A stretch of DNA of 56,679 nucleotides, from NCBI GenBank assembly GCA_903915225.1, contig CAIWSB010000030.1, positions 1-56,679 of the forward strand, written 5' to 3'. The notes under the pieces are model-generated. The model ran no database searches, was not told where the DNA came from, and saw nothing but the letters and a program-made list of their open reading frames with translations. Of the stretch, positions 32,140-40,740 are shown piece after piece; the stretch's first letter is position 1; every line of letters begins with the position of its first letter. The position numbers and the translations under genes were made by a program. This DNA is from an uncultured Candidatus Woesearchaeota archaeon. GTDB lineage: Archaea > Nanobdellota > Nanobdellia > Woesearchaeales > B29-G15.

Positions 32140-33435
32140 CTATTTTGGCGAGGTGTAGTGAGGCAGCTGGCGCTCAGCCTGCATCTGCTGGCCGATGTCA
32201 GTAGCCTTTTGGTTGAGCTCAACGTACTGCATTTTCAGCTCGCCGAACTCTTTCCTTCTTGCCTCTTCAGCCAGTCTGATCTCGTTCGCCTTATCTATGT
32301 CGTAGATAGGTGTTGTGAACTGGTCCCAGGTTTGGATGTCAAGATGTGCTGCCATCTTTGGCAATAGCTCCATCAACTTGGCTGTTATCTCAGCATACTG
32401 CTTGATAACATCCTTGTTCTTGAAGCCCTCCTGGAGTCCTGCTGCAATCTGGCCCTGTATCCTGAACACGTCCAGTGAGTACATCTTGATGTACCTGAAC
32501 ATTATCTCCTGTTCATAGAAGCTGTCCAGCATCGTCAGGATGACGTTGTAGTTCACCAGTGATGATGCAATTGCGCTCTTGGCAGCTTCGCTTCCCTTGG
32601 CGTGGTCCAGTAGGTCACGTCGCAATTCTGCGAGTGCACTGTCGCTTGCTCTCTTGCCTTCCATGACCTCGTGCTTGATGTTGAGCACGCCTGTCATCTC
32701 ATCAATGAGCTTCTTGACAGCGTCAACCTGACCTGCGGTCTTTGCCTCAGTGACTTTATTCTCGTAGTCCAGCAAAGTGGCGTCCAGGTCGTTAAGATCC
32801 TTGGTTATTCCATCAATTGCCTTTAGGAGCTCAGAGTCGCTGGCATTTCCTGTGTAGCCCTCTCTGAGGTGCCTGATGACTTCCTCATCCAGGAACTTGA
32901 TGTGGGCAATGTTCTTTGACTCGACTCCCCTCATCTTTGAAATTAGCTGGATGGCAGTCTGGTGTCTCTCTTCCATGACCTGGCCAATTCGCTCTACGAC
33001 GTCTTCAATTGTCTTTCCCCTTTTCATTGAAGCGTCAACCCACACCTTCTTAAACTGCTTATGCATGTGGAGTTTCTGGTAAACATAGCATTTGATTGCT
33101 TCTCCACGGCTTAACCCAACTGGGTTCTTTAGAAGGTCCCTGAAGTTGAGGTTCAGTTTGTCATAAGTGTCAGCAAAGTCCAGCATCTTGAGCTGGTATG
33201 CCTTGAATTCACCCCAAAGGGCGGACATACTGTCGTTACCAACGTTAATGTTTGGTGTCTTGCTTAATCTCTCCCTCTTCGTTTTGTTGGAATCCAACTC
33301 GAACTTCTTTGTAACTAGCTCTCGCGGACTCTCTGGCGAAGTTCTCTGATACTTCTGCATTATCCTTTCCAGCGCGGACTGTGATGGTGCTCCAGTCGCT
33401 GGAGCGGGTGCTGAAGTTGGTTGTTCATCTGTCAT
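32140..33435 (-). CDS. Operon protein 1: alpha-helical/coiled-coil protein with a disordered N-terminus, unknown function
   Basis: 431 aa, P/A/S-rich first ~25 aa followed by long helical segments. GAGGGGGAT 5 nt upstream of the ATG. First gene after the promoter. Confidence 0.7.
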   Translation of the reverse strand: MTDEQPTSAPAPATGAPSQSALERIMQKYQRTSPESPRELVTKKFELDSNKTKRERLSKTPNINVGNDSMSALWGEFKAYQLKMLDFADTYDKLNLNFRDLLKNPVGLSRGEAIKCYVYQKLHMHKQFKKVWVDASMKRGKTIEDVVERIGQVMEERHQTAIQLISKMRGVESKNIAHIKFLDEEVIRHLREGYTGNASDSELLKAIDGITKDLNDLDATLLDYENKVTEAKTAGQVDAVKKLIDEMTGVLNIKHEVMEGKRASDSALAELRRDLLDHAKGSEAAKSAIASSLVNYNVILTMLDSFYEQEIMFRYIKMYSLDVFRIQGQIAAGLQEGFKNKDVIKQYAEITAKLMELLPKMAAHLDIQTWDQFTTPIYDIDKANEIRLAEEARRKEFGELKMQYVELNQKATDIGQQMQAERQLPHYTSPK

Positions 33436-33479
33436 TTTTTATCCCCCTCATCATATTTTTACTTTCTTTTCTCGAGCGG

Positions 33480-33489
33480 TTAATATAAA
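33480..33489 (-). promoter_or_regulatory. TATA box (TTTATATTAA on the minus strand) of the 8-gene operon
   Basis: About 50 nt upstream of ATG 33435, leaving a ~25-nt leader that contains the SD. Confidence 0.45.
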
Positions 33490-33731
33490 GGTATTTCACA
33501 CCGCTTCTGAGTATTGGAGGTTATACCTCAATGTAATTAGGTAATTGCTGTCTCCCCAATTAACCCCCAATTCCCCAGAGTTGGTCTACAAACTGCAGAG
33601 TATTTTCTGTGATATAATGCCCCCCAGTTTGCTATCCAACAGGAAGGGGGAGAACCAACTTATTTATAAAGATTGTCTTTTATTGCCACTGTGTAATGGT
33701 AATCTTACTACCCTCATGACACGGCAAAAGC

Positions 33732-33739
33732 TTTAAATA
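33732..33739 (+). promoter_or_regulatory. TATA box (TTTAAATA)
   Basis: Centred 26 nt upstream of ATG 33762, which implies a leaderless mgtC-like transcript. Confidence 0.5.
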
Positions 33740-33761
33740 TTGGGGTTCCTGAATAGGGTAT

Positions 33762-34190
33762 ATGCTTAACGCTTACCTCACAGGTTATGAGATGGAGTTC
33801 GTCCTGGACATGGCCCTAGCGTTCCTCTGCGGGGTCATTATTGGCGGCGAGCGTGAAATCCGGGGCAAGGATGCAGGCATCGGTACCCACACTCTAGTTC
33901 TTGTTGGATCAATGCTCTTCACCTTCCTTTCCAAAATTGTGGATCCTCTCTCCACGTCAAGGATTGCTGCCCAGGTTATAACAGGAATTGGCTTCCTGGG
34001 TGCTGGGCTAATCCTCCACAAGGGTAACCACATCCAGAACCTCACAACTGCAGCCAGTATATTCTATGCAGCGGCAATCGGTATGGCAATTGGCTTCAAT
34101 TATTATCTAATTGCTATTATTGCCACACTCTCTTGCATTATAATTACAAGGTTCCCCAACATCCGGGGCGGACATCTGAACAAAGAGTAA
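33762..34190 (+). CDS. mgtC: MgtC/SapB family membrane protein
   Basis: 'GGEREIRGKDAGIGTHTLV' and 'ITGIGFLGAGLIL', four TM segments, 142 aa. Confidence 0.85.
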   Translation: MLNAYLTGYEMEFVLDMALAFLCGVIIGGEREIRGKDAGIGTHTLVLVGSMLFTFLSKIVDPLSTSRIAAQVITGIGFLGAGLILHKGNHIQNLTTAASIFYAAAIGMAIGFNYYLIAIIATLSCIIITRFPNIRGGHLNKE

Positions 34191-34204
34191 AGTTTTTTAT
34201 TCTA

Positions 34205-34642
34205 ATGGATTTTTGCAACAAAATGACAGACCAAAAATACCCAGAGCCAACTGTTGGCGCACTCATCTTCAACCCCAAGGGCGAACTTATCCTTATCAAA
34301 TCCCACAAATGGTTTGGCAAGTATGTCATCCCGGGGGGCCACATAGAGCTGGGGGAAACAATGGAGCATGCAGTTATCCGTGAGGCAAAGGAGGAGACTG
34401 GGCTAGACATAAGGGATATTGAATTCATCTGCTTCGAAGAATTCATATTCCACCCATCCTTCTACAAGAAAAGCCATTGCATATTCTTCGATTTCTCCTG
34501 CAAGACAGACTCAACCAATGTGATGCTTAATGACGAGGCAGAGGATTATATCTGGACCAAGCCCGAAGACGCCCTCAAACTTGATGTCGAGCCGTCAACA
34601 ATACGCACAATCAAGACGTATTTGAAGAAGAAAGGCAAGTAA
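34205..34642 (+). CDS. Nudix hydrolase
   Basis: Nudix box 'GGHIELGETMEHAVIREAKEETGL'. Start at ATG 34205 (alternative 34223). The track start at 34133 overlaps mgtC. Confidence 0.85.
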   Translation: MDFCNKMTDQKYPEPTVGALIFNPKGELILIKSHKWFGKYVIPGGHIELGETMEHAVIREAKEETGLDIRDIEFICFEEFIFHPSFYKKSHCIFFDFSCKTDSTNVMLNDEAEDYIWTKPEDALKLDVEPSTIRTIKTYLKKKGK

Positions 34643-34677
34643 TTAAGGGAAAGATTTGGTTTCTGAGTTTTTTGATT

Positions 34678-34769
34678 GCAGCAACAACTATGGCGGCCGT
34701 CGTCGCTACGCTCCTCCCGGGGTACCCCATAGGGGGCATCCCTCCCCCCGGCGGCGCCAATGTTGCTGC
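34678..34769. ncRNA. GC-rich 92-nt hairpin element, copy B
   Basis: Same termini as copy A (GCAGCAACA...TGTTGCTGC) and same flanks (GGCGGCCGTCGTCGCTACGCTCCTCCCGGGG / CCCGGCGGCGCCA). The centre has diverged but keeps a CCCC-ATA-GGGG hairpin. Confidence 0.5.
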
Positions 34770-34881
34770 TTCGAAAATATTCTGCTGCCTTGAAGAGAAT
34801 CTTGCCTCCTTGAAATATTTCCATTGAATCCATTCTTTACTATATTATAGATATAATATATAGCAATTCCATCAACTAAAA

Positions 34882-34889
34882 ATTTAAAA
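34882..34889 (+). promoter_or_regulatory. TATA box (ATTTAAAA)
   Basis: Centred 26 nt upstream of ATG 34912. Confidence 0.45.
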
Positions 34890-34911
34890 ACTTCAAAACT
34901 GAAAAAAAAGC

Positions 34912-35502
34912 ATGGAAGAGGTGATGGTTGTTGGCCGAGAGCGGCTTTTTGGGGGGAGCCACTTTGAGGGGTTCCGCAACCACGCTGACAAGGACCACGA
35001 GTCCTTGATTCTAAAGAATTTTGAGTTTGCGCCAAGGAGTGAGGTAGAGAACGACCCGAGCAGGAAGCAGCCAATTGCCTACTCGATTATCCTGAACCCC
35101 GAGACAAAGAAAGTGTTTGTATACAGGCGCCCGGGTAAGCACACAGAGCAGAGGCTGAAGAGCATGTGGTCCGTTGGCCTGGGAGGGCACATCAACAAGC
35201 ATGACCTGCACGGCGGAAACCCTGTGCGCATGAGCATGATGCGAGAACTCGCAGAAGAGATAGGGCTGGAAAAGCCATACAAGGCAAAGCCCCTGGGATA
35301 CATCAATTACGAGACAGATGCAGTTGGCCAGGTGCACTTTGGCATTGTTTTCATAATAGAGACCAGCGAAACAAAATTAAGCCCAGTATCAGAAGAGGTT
35401 CAGGAAGGCGAGTTCAAAACCCTGGAGCAGATATCCACACTCGGGCTTGAGGAATGGACAAAAATCTGCATTGAGCCTTTGAAACAATATTTAGGGCTTT
35501 AG
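34912..35502 (+). CDS. Nudix-family hydrolase (divergent)
   Basis: 'GLGGHINKHD...RMSMMRELAEEIGL' matches a relaxed Nudix box. 196 aa. Confidence 0.7.
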   Translation: MEEVMVVGRERLFGGSHFEGFRNHADKDHESLILKNFEFAPRSEVENDPSRKQPIAYSIILNPETKKVFVYRRPGKHTEQRLKSMWSVGLGGHINKHDLHGGNPVRMSMMRELAEEIGLEKPYKAKPLGYINYETDAVGQVHFGIVFIIETSETKLSPVSEEVQEGEFKTLEQISTLGLEEWTKICIEPLKQYLGL

Positions 35503-36716
35503 CGCCTGTAGCGCGGGCGCCCTTCTCTCTGGCCACCACTGCTCCCACCACGACCGCCGCGGTTTCCACGAAAGCCGCCCCTTCTCTCCATCCTTTGGAA
35601 TTCTATCCTCTGGATATACGGGCGCTCAACCTTTGTGACCTTGAGCTCATTGTCCTCAAGAACTCTGGAGAAGTTGTCATGGTCATTTGGGGCAATTAAG
35701 TTTATGACCTTGCCCTCTGCCCCTGCGCGGGCTGTCCTGCCAATCCTGTGTATGTATTCGCGGGCATCATCCGGCGCATCGTAGTTGTACACGTGCGAGA
35801 CACCTGGAATATCCAAACCACGAGCAGCCACATCTGTGCACACAAGCACATTGATGCGCTGTGAGTGGAAATCTGCCATTGTCTTTGAGCGCTTGTCCTG
35901 AGATAATCCCCCGTGGATTGCCAGCGCATTTATGCCAGCACCGTTGAGGTTGTTAGCAACAAAGTCCACTCCATGCCTTGTGTTGCAGAACACCATCACA
36001 AGCCCCGCGGACTCATTTTTCAGCAAATGTGCGAGGAGCGAGAACTTCAGGTCATAGGGTATGTCATAATAATACTGCGCCATCTTTCTCGGGTCAACAT
36101 ACTGCTCTGCTGAGATCTTGATTGGGGAGTTCATGTACTGCTGGGCAATATTTGCCAGCTCCGGATATATTGTTGCTGAGAAAAGCATTGTCTGCCTTGA
36201 TTTAGGGCATGCGCGGATTATCTTCTCAACATCGTCAATAAAGCCCATGTCGAGCATCCTGTCAGCCTCATCAAGTACCAATATCTTGATATTGTTCAGC
36301 TTCAGGGTCTCTCTCTCTAGGTGGTCAAGAATCCTGCCTGGCGTGCCTACAACAACATCAGCATGCTTGAGCCTCTGTATCTGCGGCTCAATTCCAACTC
36401 CGCCATAAATAGACACGACTTCCATCGGCCTGAATTTCGAGAATCCCTTCAGTGCAAGTGACACCTGGAGGCAAAGCTCCCTTGTTGGTGTCAAGACCAG
36501 AGTCTGGACGCCATTGCGGATATCCAGGCGCTGGATTATTGCAGCTCCAAACACAAGCGTCTTTCCCGAGCCTGTGGCAGAGCCTCCAATGACATCCTTG
36601 CCCTGCAATACGAGTGGTATTGCCTTCTCTTGTATTTCAGTTGGTTCTTCAAAACCTTGTTCCTTAATTGATTCCATCAACGGCTGGTTAAGGCCCAGCC
36701 TCAAAAACGATTCCAT
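35499..36716 (-). CDS. DEAD-box ATP-dependent RNA helicase with an RGG-rich tail
   Basis: Q-motif 'TEIQEKAIP', 'SATGSGKT', 'VLDEADRMLDMGF', 'SAT', 'ARGLDIP', 'HRIGRTARAG'. C-terminal 'RGGFRGNRGGRGGSSGG'. Confidence 0.95.
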   Translation of the reverse strand: MESFLRLGLNQPLMESIKEQGFEEPTEIQEKAIPLVLQGKDVIGGSATGSGKTLVFGAAIIQRLDIRNGVQTLVLTPTRELCLQVSLALKGFSKFRPMEVVSIYGGVGIEPQIQRLKHADVVVGTPGRILDHLERETLKLNNIKILVLDEADRMLDMGFIDDVEKIIRACPKSRQTMLFSATIYPELANIAQQYMNSPIKISAEQYVDPRKMAQYYYDIPYDLKFSLLAHLLKNESAGLVMVFCNTRHGVDFVANNLNGAGINALAIHGGLSQDKRSKTMADFHSQRINVLVCTDVAARGLDIPGVSHVYNYDAPDDAREYIHRIGRTARAGAEGKVINLIAPNDHDNFSRVLEDNELKVTKVERPYIQRIEFQRMERRGGFRGNRGGRGGSSGGQREGRPRYRR

Positions 36717-36818
36717 CTTTCTTAAGAATTTTTTATTTCTTACCTCTTTTACCTGTGTTTTAATAATGCTTTATAAAGCTTTGGTTTCTTTGGATGGCAA
36801 TTAAGTTAGAGGTTAGAA

Positions 36819-37499
36819 TTATTGTTCTCCGTCCTTGAAACCCAGCTGCAATGGCAGCTGCGGATAATCAAAATCGCGGGTATGGCTCTCTTGGCATTTA
36901 GTGTACATTCTCTCAGCCTCAGCAGGTGTAATTCTAAACTGCTTGGCTCCCGCAGCCACTGCTTCTGTGAGGAAATGCTCACAATTTCTGACATATCCAC
37001 TTTGGTCATCCCCGGCACCAGGGCTAAGGTCGCCCAAGTAATCATCAATAAAGCGCCCAATGAAATAATCCCTCTTAGTCAAATCGCCCCTTAGCATGGC
37101 TTCCATGACAATCTCATTTTTGGTGGTTTCATGTTTTACAAGCCTTGCTAAGCGAATCATATAATCATTTGACGGGCCACCCCTGAGCTTTTCAAAGTAT
37201 TGTAGGACAGTGGCTGGTTTTTCACTCTTTAATCTAAATAATATATGGTTGCCCTGAAGCCCATCTATGGGATTCATCTCCCCCTGGACAACTGTGCCAA
37301 TGCTTGAGGCAGGGATTTTTTTAGCCCTCTCCTCATTTCTGGCAACTTTCCATTTTCCCCTGCCAGCTGAGTTAAAATTCAGTGTGGCCAGCAAGGAGAA
37401 TTGTTCCTCATCGTGATTGAAGAAAGAATGATTGGGATTGGTTCTCCACCAAAGCTTGTAATCCTTAGTTCCAGGCTGGTGTTCTAGGAAATATGTCAT
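36819..37499 (-). CDS. Hypothetical protein
   Basis: 226 aa from ATG 37499 (alternative 37508), 26 nt downstream of a TATA box. The rest of track ORF 36819..38141 runs antisense through kae1 and is rejected. Confidence 0.6.
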   Translation of the reverse strand: MTYFLEHQPGTKDYKLWWRTNPNHSFFNHDEEQFSLLATLNFNSAGRGKWKVARNEERAKKIPASSIGTVVQGEMNPIDGLQGNHILFRLKSEKPATVLQYFEKLRGGPSNDYMIRLARLVKHETTKNEIVMEAMLRGDLTKRDYFIGRFIDDYLGDLSPGAGDDQSGYVRNCEHFLTEAVAAGAKQFRITPAEAERMYTKCQESHTRDFDYPQLPLQLGFKDGEQ

Positions 37500-37520
37500 A
37501 ATATTCATTACTCTATAGTA

Positions 37521-37530
37521 AATTATATAC
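37521..37530 (-). promoter_or_regulatory. TATA box (GTATATAATT on the minus strand)
   Basis: About 26 nt upstream of ATG 37499. Divergent from the kae1 promoter. Confidence 0.45.
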
Positions 37531-37570
37531 TTTACGGTTCTAGAATATAAAATCAACACCTCTCTCGGAA

Positions 37571-37580
37571 CTTTTAAAAA
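37571..37580 (+). promoter_or_regulatory. TATA box (CTTTTAAAAA)
   Basis: About 27 nt upstream of the kae1 ATG at 37603 (leaderless). Confidence 0.5.
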
Positions 37581-37602
37581 CCCCTGCCCCATCACAATTT
37601 CC

Positions 37603-38550
37603 ATGATATGCCTCGGCATCGAATCCACTGCACATACCCTCGGCCTGGGTGTGATTGATGGGAAAAAAGTTGTAGAGAACATATCAGCCACATTCACAAC
37701 CACAACAGGGGGCATGATTCCGAGCAAGGTCTCAGATTTCCTTGTAGAAAACCTCCCAATCCTTCTGGCCAAATTAAAAACTCCCCTCAATAAAGTAGAC
37801 CTGATTGCATTCTCCCAAGGCCCAGGCATAGGCCACTCACTCAGAATCGGCCAGTTCCTGGCATCTGCACTTTCGTTTAAGCTAAAAATACCAATCATCG
37901 GCGTAAACCACTGCGTTGCCCATCTCGAGATAGGCAAGCTGGTCACAAAGGCAAAAGACCCGGTGCTGCTGTACACATCAGGCGCAAACACACAGGTGAT
38001 TGCATTCGAGGGAGGCCAGTACAGGATTTTTGGTGAAACATTGGACATGGGCGTTGGGAATTTCCTTGACGCATTCTCAAGAGAGCTCGGATTAGGATTT
38101 CCCGGCGGGCCGAAGCTGGAAAAGCTGGCGCTTAAAAGCAAAAATTACATCAAACTCCCATATGTAGTCAAGGGCATGGACGTCTCATTTGGCGGCCTCC
38201 TCACAAATTTGAAGTCAAAACTCAAGTCAGAAAAGAAGGAAGACTTAGCCTTCTCAGTGCAGGAAACTGTTTTCGCAATGCTTATGGAAGTTTCTGAGCG
38301 TGCAATGGCCCATTGCGGCAAATCTGAACTCCTCCTTGGCGGTGGCGTTGCCTGCAACAGCCGTCTCCAACAAATGGCAGGGATTATGTGCAAAGAGAGA
38401 AAAGCCAAGCTGTTTGTTCCAGAAAAACAATTCCTGGTTGATAACGGCGCAATGATAGCCTGGCTCGGGCTTGTGCAATACAATGCAGGAAAGAGAATGA
38501 AAGCATCTAACATAGACATCAGACCAGATTGGCGCACTGACCAGGCCTGA
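37603..38550 (+). CDS. kae1: tRNA N6-adenosine threonylcarbamoyltransferase Kae1 (stand-alone, not fused to Bud32)
   Basis: 'MICLGIESTAHTLGLGV', metal-binding 'NHCVAHLEIG', 'GGGVACNSRL'. 315 aa. Confidence 0.95.
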   Translation: MICLGIESTAHTLGLGVIDGKKVVENISATFTTTTGGMIPSKVSDFLVENLPILLAKLKTPLNKVDLIAFSQGPGIGHSLRIGQFLASALSFKLKIPIIGVNHCVAHLEIGKLVTKAKDPVLLYTSGANTQVIAFEGGQYRIFGETLDMGVGNFLDAFSRELGLGFPGGPKLEKLALKSKNYIKLPYVVKGMDVSFGGLLTNLKSKLKSEKKEDLAFSVQETVFAMLMEVSERAMAHCGKSELLLGGGVACNSRLQQMAGIMCKERKAKLFVPEKQFLVDNGAMIAWLGLVQYNAGKRMKASNIDIRPDWRTDQA

Positions 38551-38607
38551 AATAATTCCGGTTTTCTGAATTAAAATTAAATTAAGCCAATATCCATTGC
38601 AACCCAA

Positions 38608-38940
38608 ATGGACAATAGCCAGCTGATGAGGCTTGCACTTATAATTTCACTTCTCGGGCTTCTCTGCCTTGTGCTTCTGGTTGGCTTTGTCCAGCCCGTG
38701 CCATATTCCCCAAACAAGGCGCAGCTCAACCGCGAGGTGAAGCTTACCGGAAAAGTCCTGCGGGTCCAGCAAACAGAAAAAGTGGCTTTCATTGAGCTCG
38801 TACACGCAGCAAAGACAGAGGTGACCTTATTCAAGCCCAGGGCTTTGTCGTTAAATGAAAATGATACAATCACAGTTAGAGGAGTAATGGAGGAATATCA
38901 AGGAGAAAAGAACCTTGTCGCCTATAGCATAACCCGCTGA
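38608..38940 (+). CDS. Membrane-anchored OB-fold protein
   Basis: N-terminal TM 'LALIISLLGLLCLVLLVGF', then a beta-rich 'VKLTGKVLRV...ITVRGVMEEYQGEKNLV' typical of tRNA_anti-like OB folds. Confidence 0.55.
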   Translation: MDNSQLMRLALIISLLGLLCLVLLVGFVQPVPYSPNKAQLNREVKLTGKVLRVQQTEKVAFIELVHAAKTEVTLFKPRALSLNENDTITVRGVMEEYQGEKNLVAYSITR

Positions 38941-39016
38941 TTTGTGCTCTCCATACTCTATTTTCCAATTCAGAAGTATTAATAAACCCCAAAAAGGAAT
39001 CTTCTCCGGGGGGAAA

Positions 39017-40123
39017 ATGAACGTCCAGGGTAAGCACTACAGGACAATCTGGTTTAAGGATTATGGTGTAATTCAGGCTATTGACCAGACTAAGCTCCCT
39101 CATGAATTCTGCATTGAAGACATGCATACCATCGATGACGTAATCGCGGCAATAAACACTATGCATGTCCGTGGGGCAGGACTCCTGGGTGCAGCTGCAG
39201 GCTATGGCATGTACCTTGCTGCATTTGAAGCCCCAGAAGGGAATTTCTCAAGTCATATGGAAGAGGCAGGAAAACGACTTCTGGCAACCAGGCCGACAGC
39301 AGTAAATATCCGAATGGCAGTTGAGGGGCAACTCAATGCAATCCGCGATGTTGATGAGCAAAAGGAAGGAATTGAAAAATTGCTCAAAAAAGCCAATGCA
39401 ATTGCAGATGAAGATGCTGAATTCTGCTGGAGGATTGGCGAGCACGGGCTAAGGCTTATTGAAGAGATAAGCAAAAGGAAGGGCGGAGAGCCAGTAAATA
39501 TTCTCACCCATTGCAATGCAGGCTGGCTGGCATTTGTGGATTACGGAACTGCAACTGCGCCAATATATGCAGCCCATAACAAGGGCATCGCTGTGCATGT
39601 ATGGGTTGATGAAACCCGCCCAGTCAACCAAGGCTCAAGACTCACAGCATGGGAACTTGGACACCAAGGAGTGCCACATACAGTTGTCGCAGATAATACT
39701 GGCGGCCACCTTATGCAGAAAGGGCTTGTGGATATTGTTCTGGTTGGCTCAGACAGAGTAACAAGGCGCGGAGATGCTGCCAACAAGATAGGAACCTACC
39801 TTAAGGCACTGGCAGCAAAAGACAACAACATCCCATTCTATGTCGCAATCCCATCAACCTCAATTGACTGGAGGATGATGGACGGCGGGGCAATCCAGAT
39901 AGAACAGCGCAGTGGGGATGAGGTGAAATACATCACCGGGCTTGCAGATGGCAAAATCACAAGGATGCTGCTAACTCCAGAAAACAGCGAAGCAGCGAAT
40001 TATGCATTTGATGTGACCCCAGGCAGGCTTATCACAGGTATCATCACAGACCGAGGAATCTGCAAGGCCGACTTTGTGAACCTGATGCAACTATATCCTG
40101 AGACCATACCCAAGGGCGGATGA
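39017..40123 (+). CDS. aIF-2B-like sugar-phosphate isomerase (methylthioribose-1-phosphate isomerase or ribose-1,5-bisphosphate isomerase family)
   Basis: 'AIDQTKLPHEF', 'VRGAGLLGAAAGYG', 'ILTHCNAG', 'VDETRPVNQGSRLTAWEL', 'GDAANKIGTY'. Start moved to ATG 39017 (GGGGGGA upstream). Confidence 0.85.
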   Translation: MNVQGKHYRTIWFKDYGVIQAIDQTKLPHEFCIEDMHTIDDVIAAINTMHVRGAGLLGAAAGYGMYLAAFEAPEGNFSSHMEEAGKRLLATRPTAVNIRMAVEGQLNAIRDVDEQKEGIEKLLKKANAIADEDAEFCWRIGEHGLRLIEEISKRKGGEPVNILTHCNAGWLAFVDYGTATAPIYAAHNKGIAVHVWVDETRPVNQGSRLTAWELGHQGVPHTVVADNTGGHLMQKGLVDIVLVGSDRVTRRGDAANKIGTYLKALAAKDNNIPFYVAIPSTSIDWRMMDGGAIQIEQRSGDEVKYITGLADGKITRMLLTPENSEAANYAFDVTPGRLITGIITDRGICKADFVNLMQLYPETIPKGG

Positions 40124-40740
40124 AGATGACTGAGAAAGGATACATAAAATTCAATTGCGAATGGAAGCAGACAGCTCCTCTGCCAAAGTTAGAAGTTGAG
40201 GAACTGGCACACTGGCGAAACCAGCTCTATGATCTGGGGCTTGTGGGCGCATACAAGGATGGGGTTGGCTTTGGTAATGTGAGCATCAGGCTCGGGAATT
40301 CCCTTGAGTTTATAATAACAGGCTCAGCCACGGGCCACATACCGCAAATTACTGAAGAGCACTGCACGCTTGTTAAGGAGTATTCCTTCGAGAAGAATTG
40401 GCTTCACTGCGAAGGCCCAATCAAAGCCTCATCAGAATCCCTCACCCATGCTGCAATATATCAAGTGGCCCCAAATGTAAAGGCAGTAGTCCATGTCCAT
40501 AACCTTGATTTATGGAACAGCCTCTTGGACAAGGTACCCACCACTTCGCCTAATGTTGAGTATGGCACTCCAGATATGGCCCGGGAGATGATTCGGCTTT
40601 TGGGCGAAACTAGAACCCTAAAAATGGGAATCCTAGTGATGGCTGGCCACAAGGAAGGCGTAATCTCATTTGGGAAAAACCTCGATGAGGCTGGTGATAT
40701 TATCAAGAGATATTTTGCAGAATCTAAGGCACAAAAATGA
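40120..40740 (+). CDS. Class II aldolase/adducin-family protein (MtnB-like dehydratase/aldolase)
   Basis: 'GNVSIR', 'ITGSATG', 'SSESLTHAAIY', 'VVHVHN'. ATGA overlap with the upstream gene. Confidence 0.75.
   Translation: MKMTEKGYIKFNCEWKQTAPLPKLEVEELAHWRNQLYDLGLVGAYKDGVGFGNVSIRLGNSLEFIITGSATGHIPQITEEHCTLVKEYSFEKNWLHCEGPIKASSESLTHAAIYQVAPNVKAVVHVHNLDLWNSLLDKVPTTSPNVEYGTPDMAREMIRLLGETRTLKMGILVMAGHKEGVISFGKNLDEAGDIIKRYFAESKAQK

Noticed and set aside
32140-33435. Calling operon protein 1 a TelA-like or PspA/ESCRT-III-like protein.
   Set aside because: Only a general helical character and the length are comparable. I could not identify family-specific motifs by eye, so it is left as unknown.
19398-34769. 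The two GC-rich elements acting as attL/attR direct repeats that bound a 15-kb integrated element.
   Set aside because: The copies have diverged in the centre rather than being identical. No integrase, capsid or plasmid genes lie between them, and the interval includes ordinary genes (antiporter, cupredoxin, DUF523, mgtC, Nudix). The idea is not supported, although it is not strictly excluded.
37500-38141. The upstream two-thirds of the 440-aa minus-strand ORF 36819..38141, together with ORFs 38145..38537 and 38254..38607.
   Set aside because: They lie antisense to the strongly supported kae1 gene. A TATA box 26 nt upstream of ATG 37499 marks the real start of the minus-strand gene.
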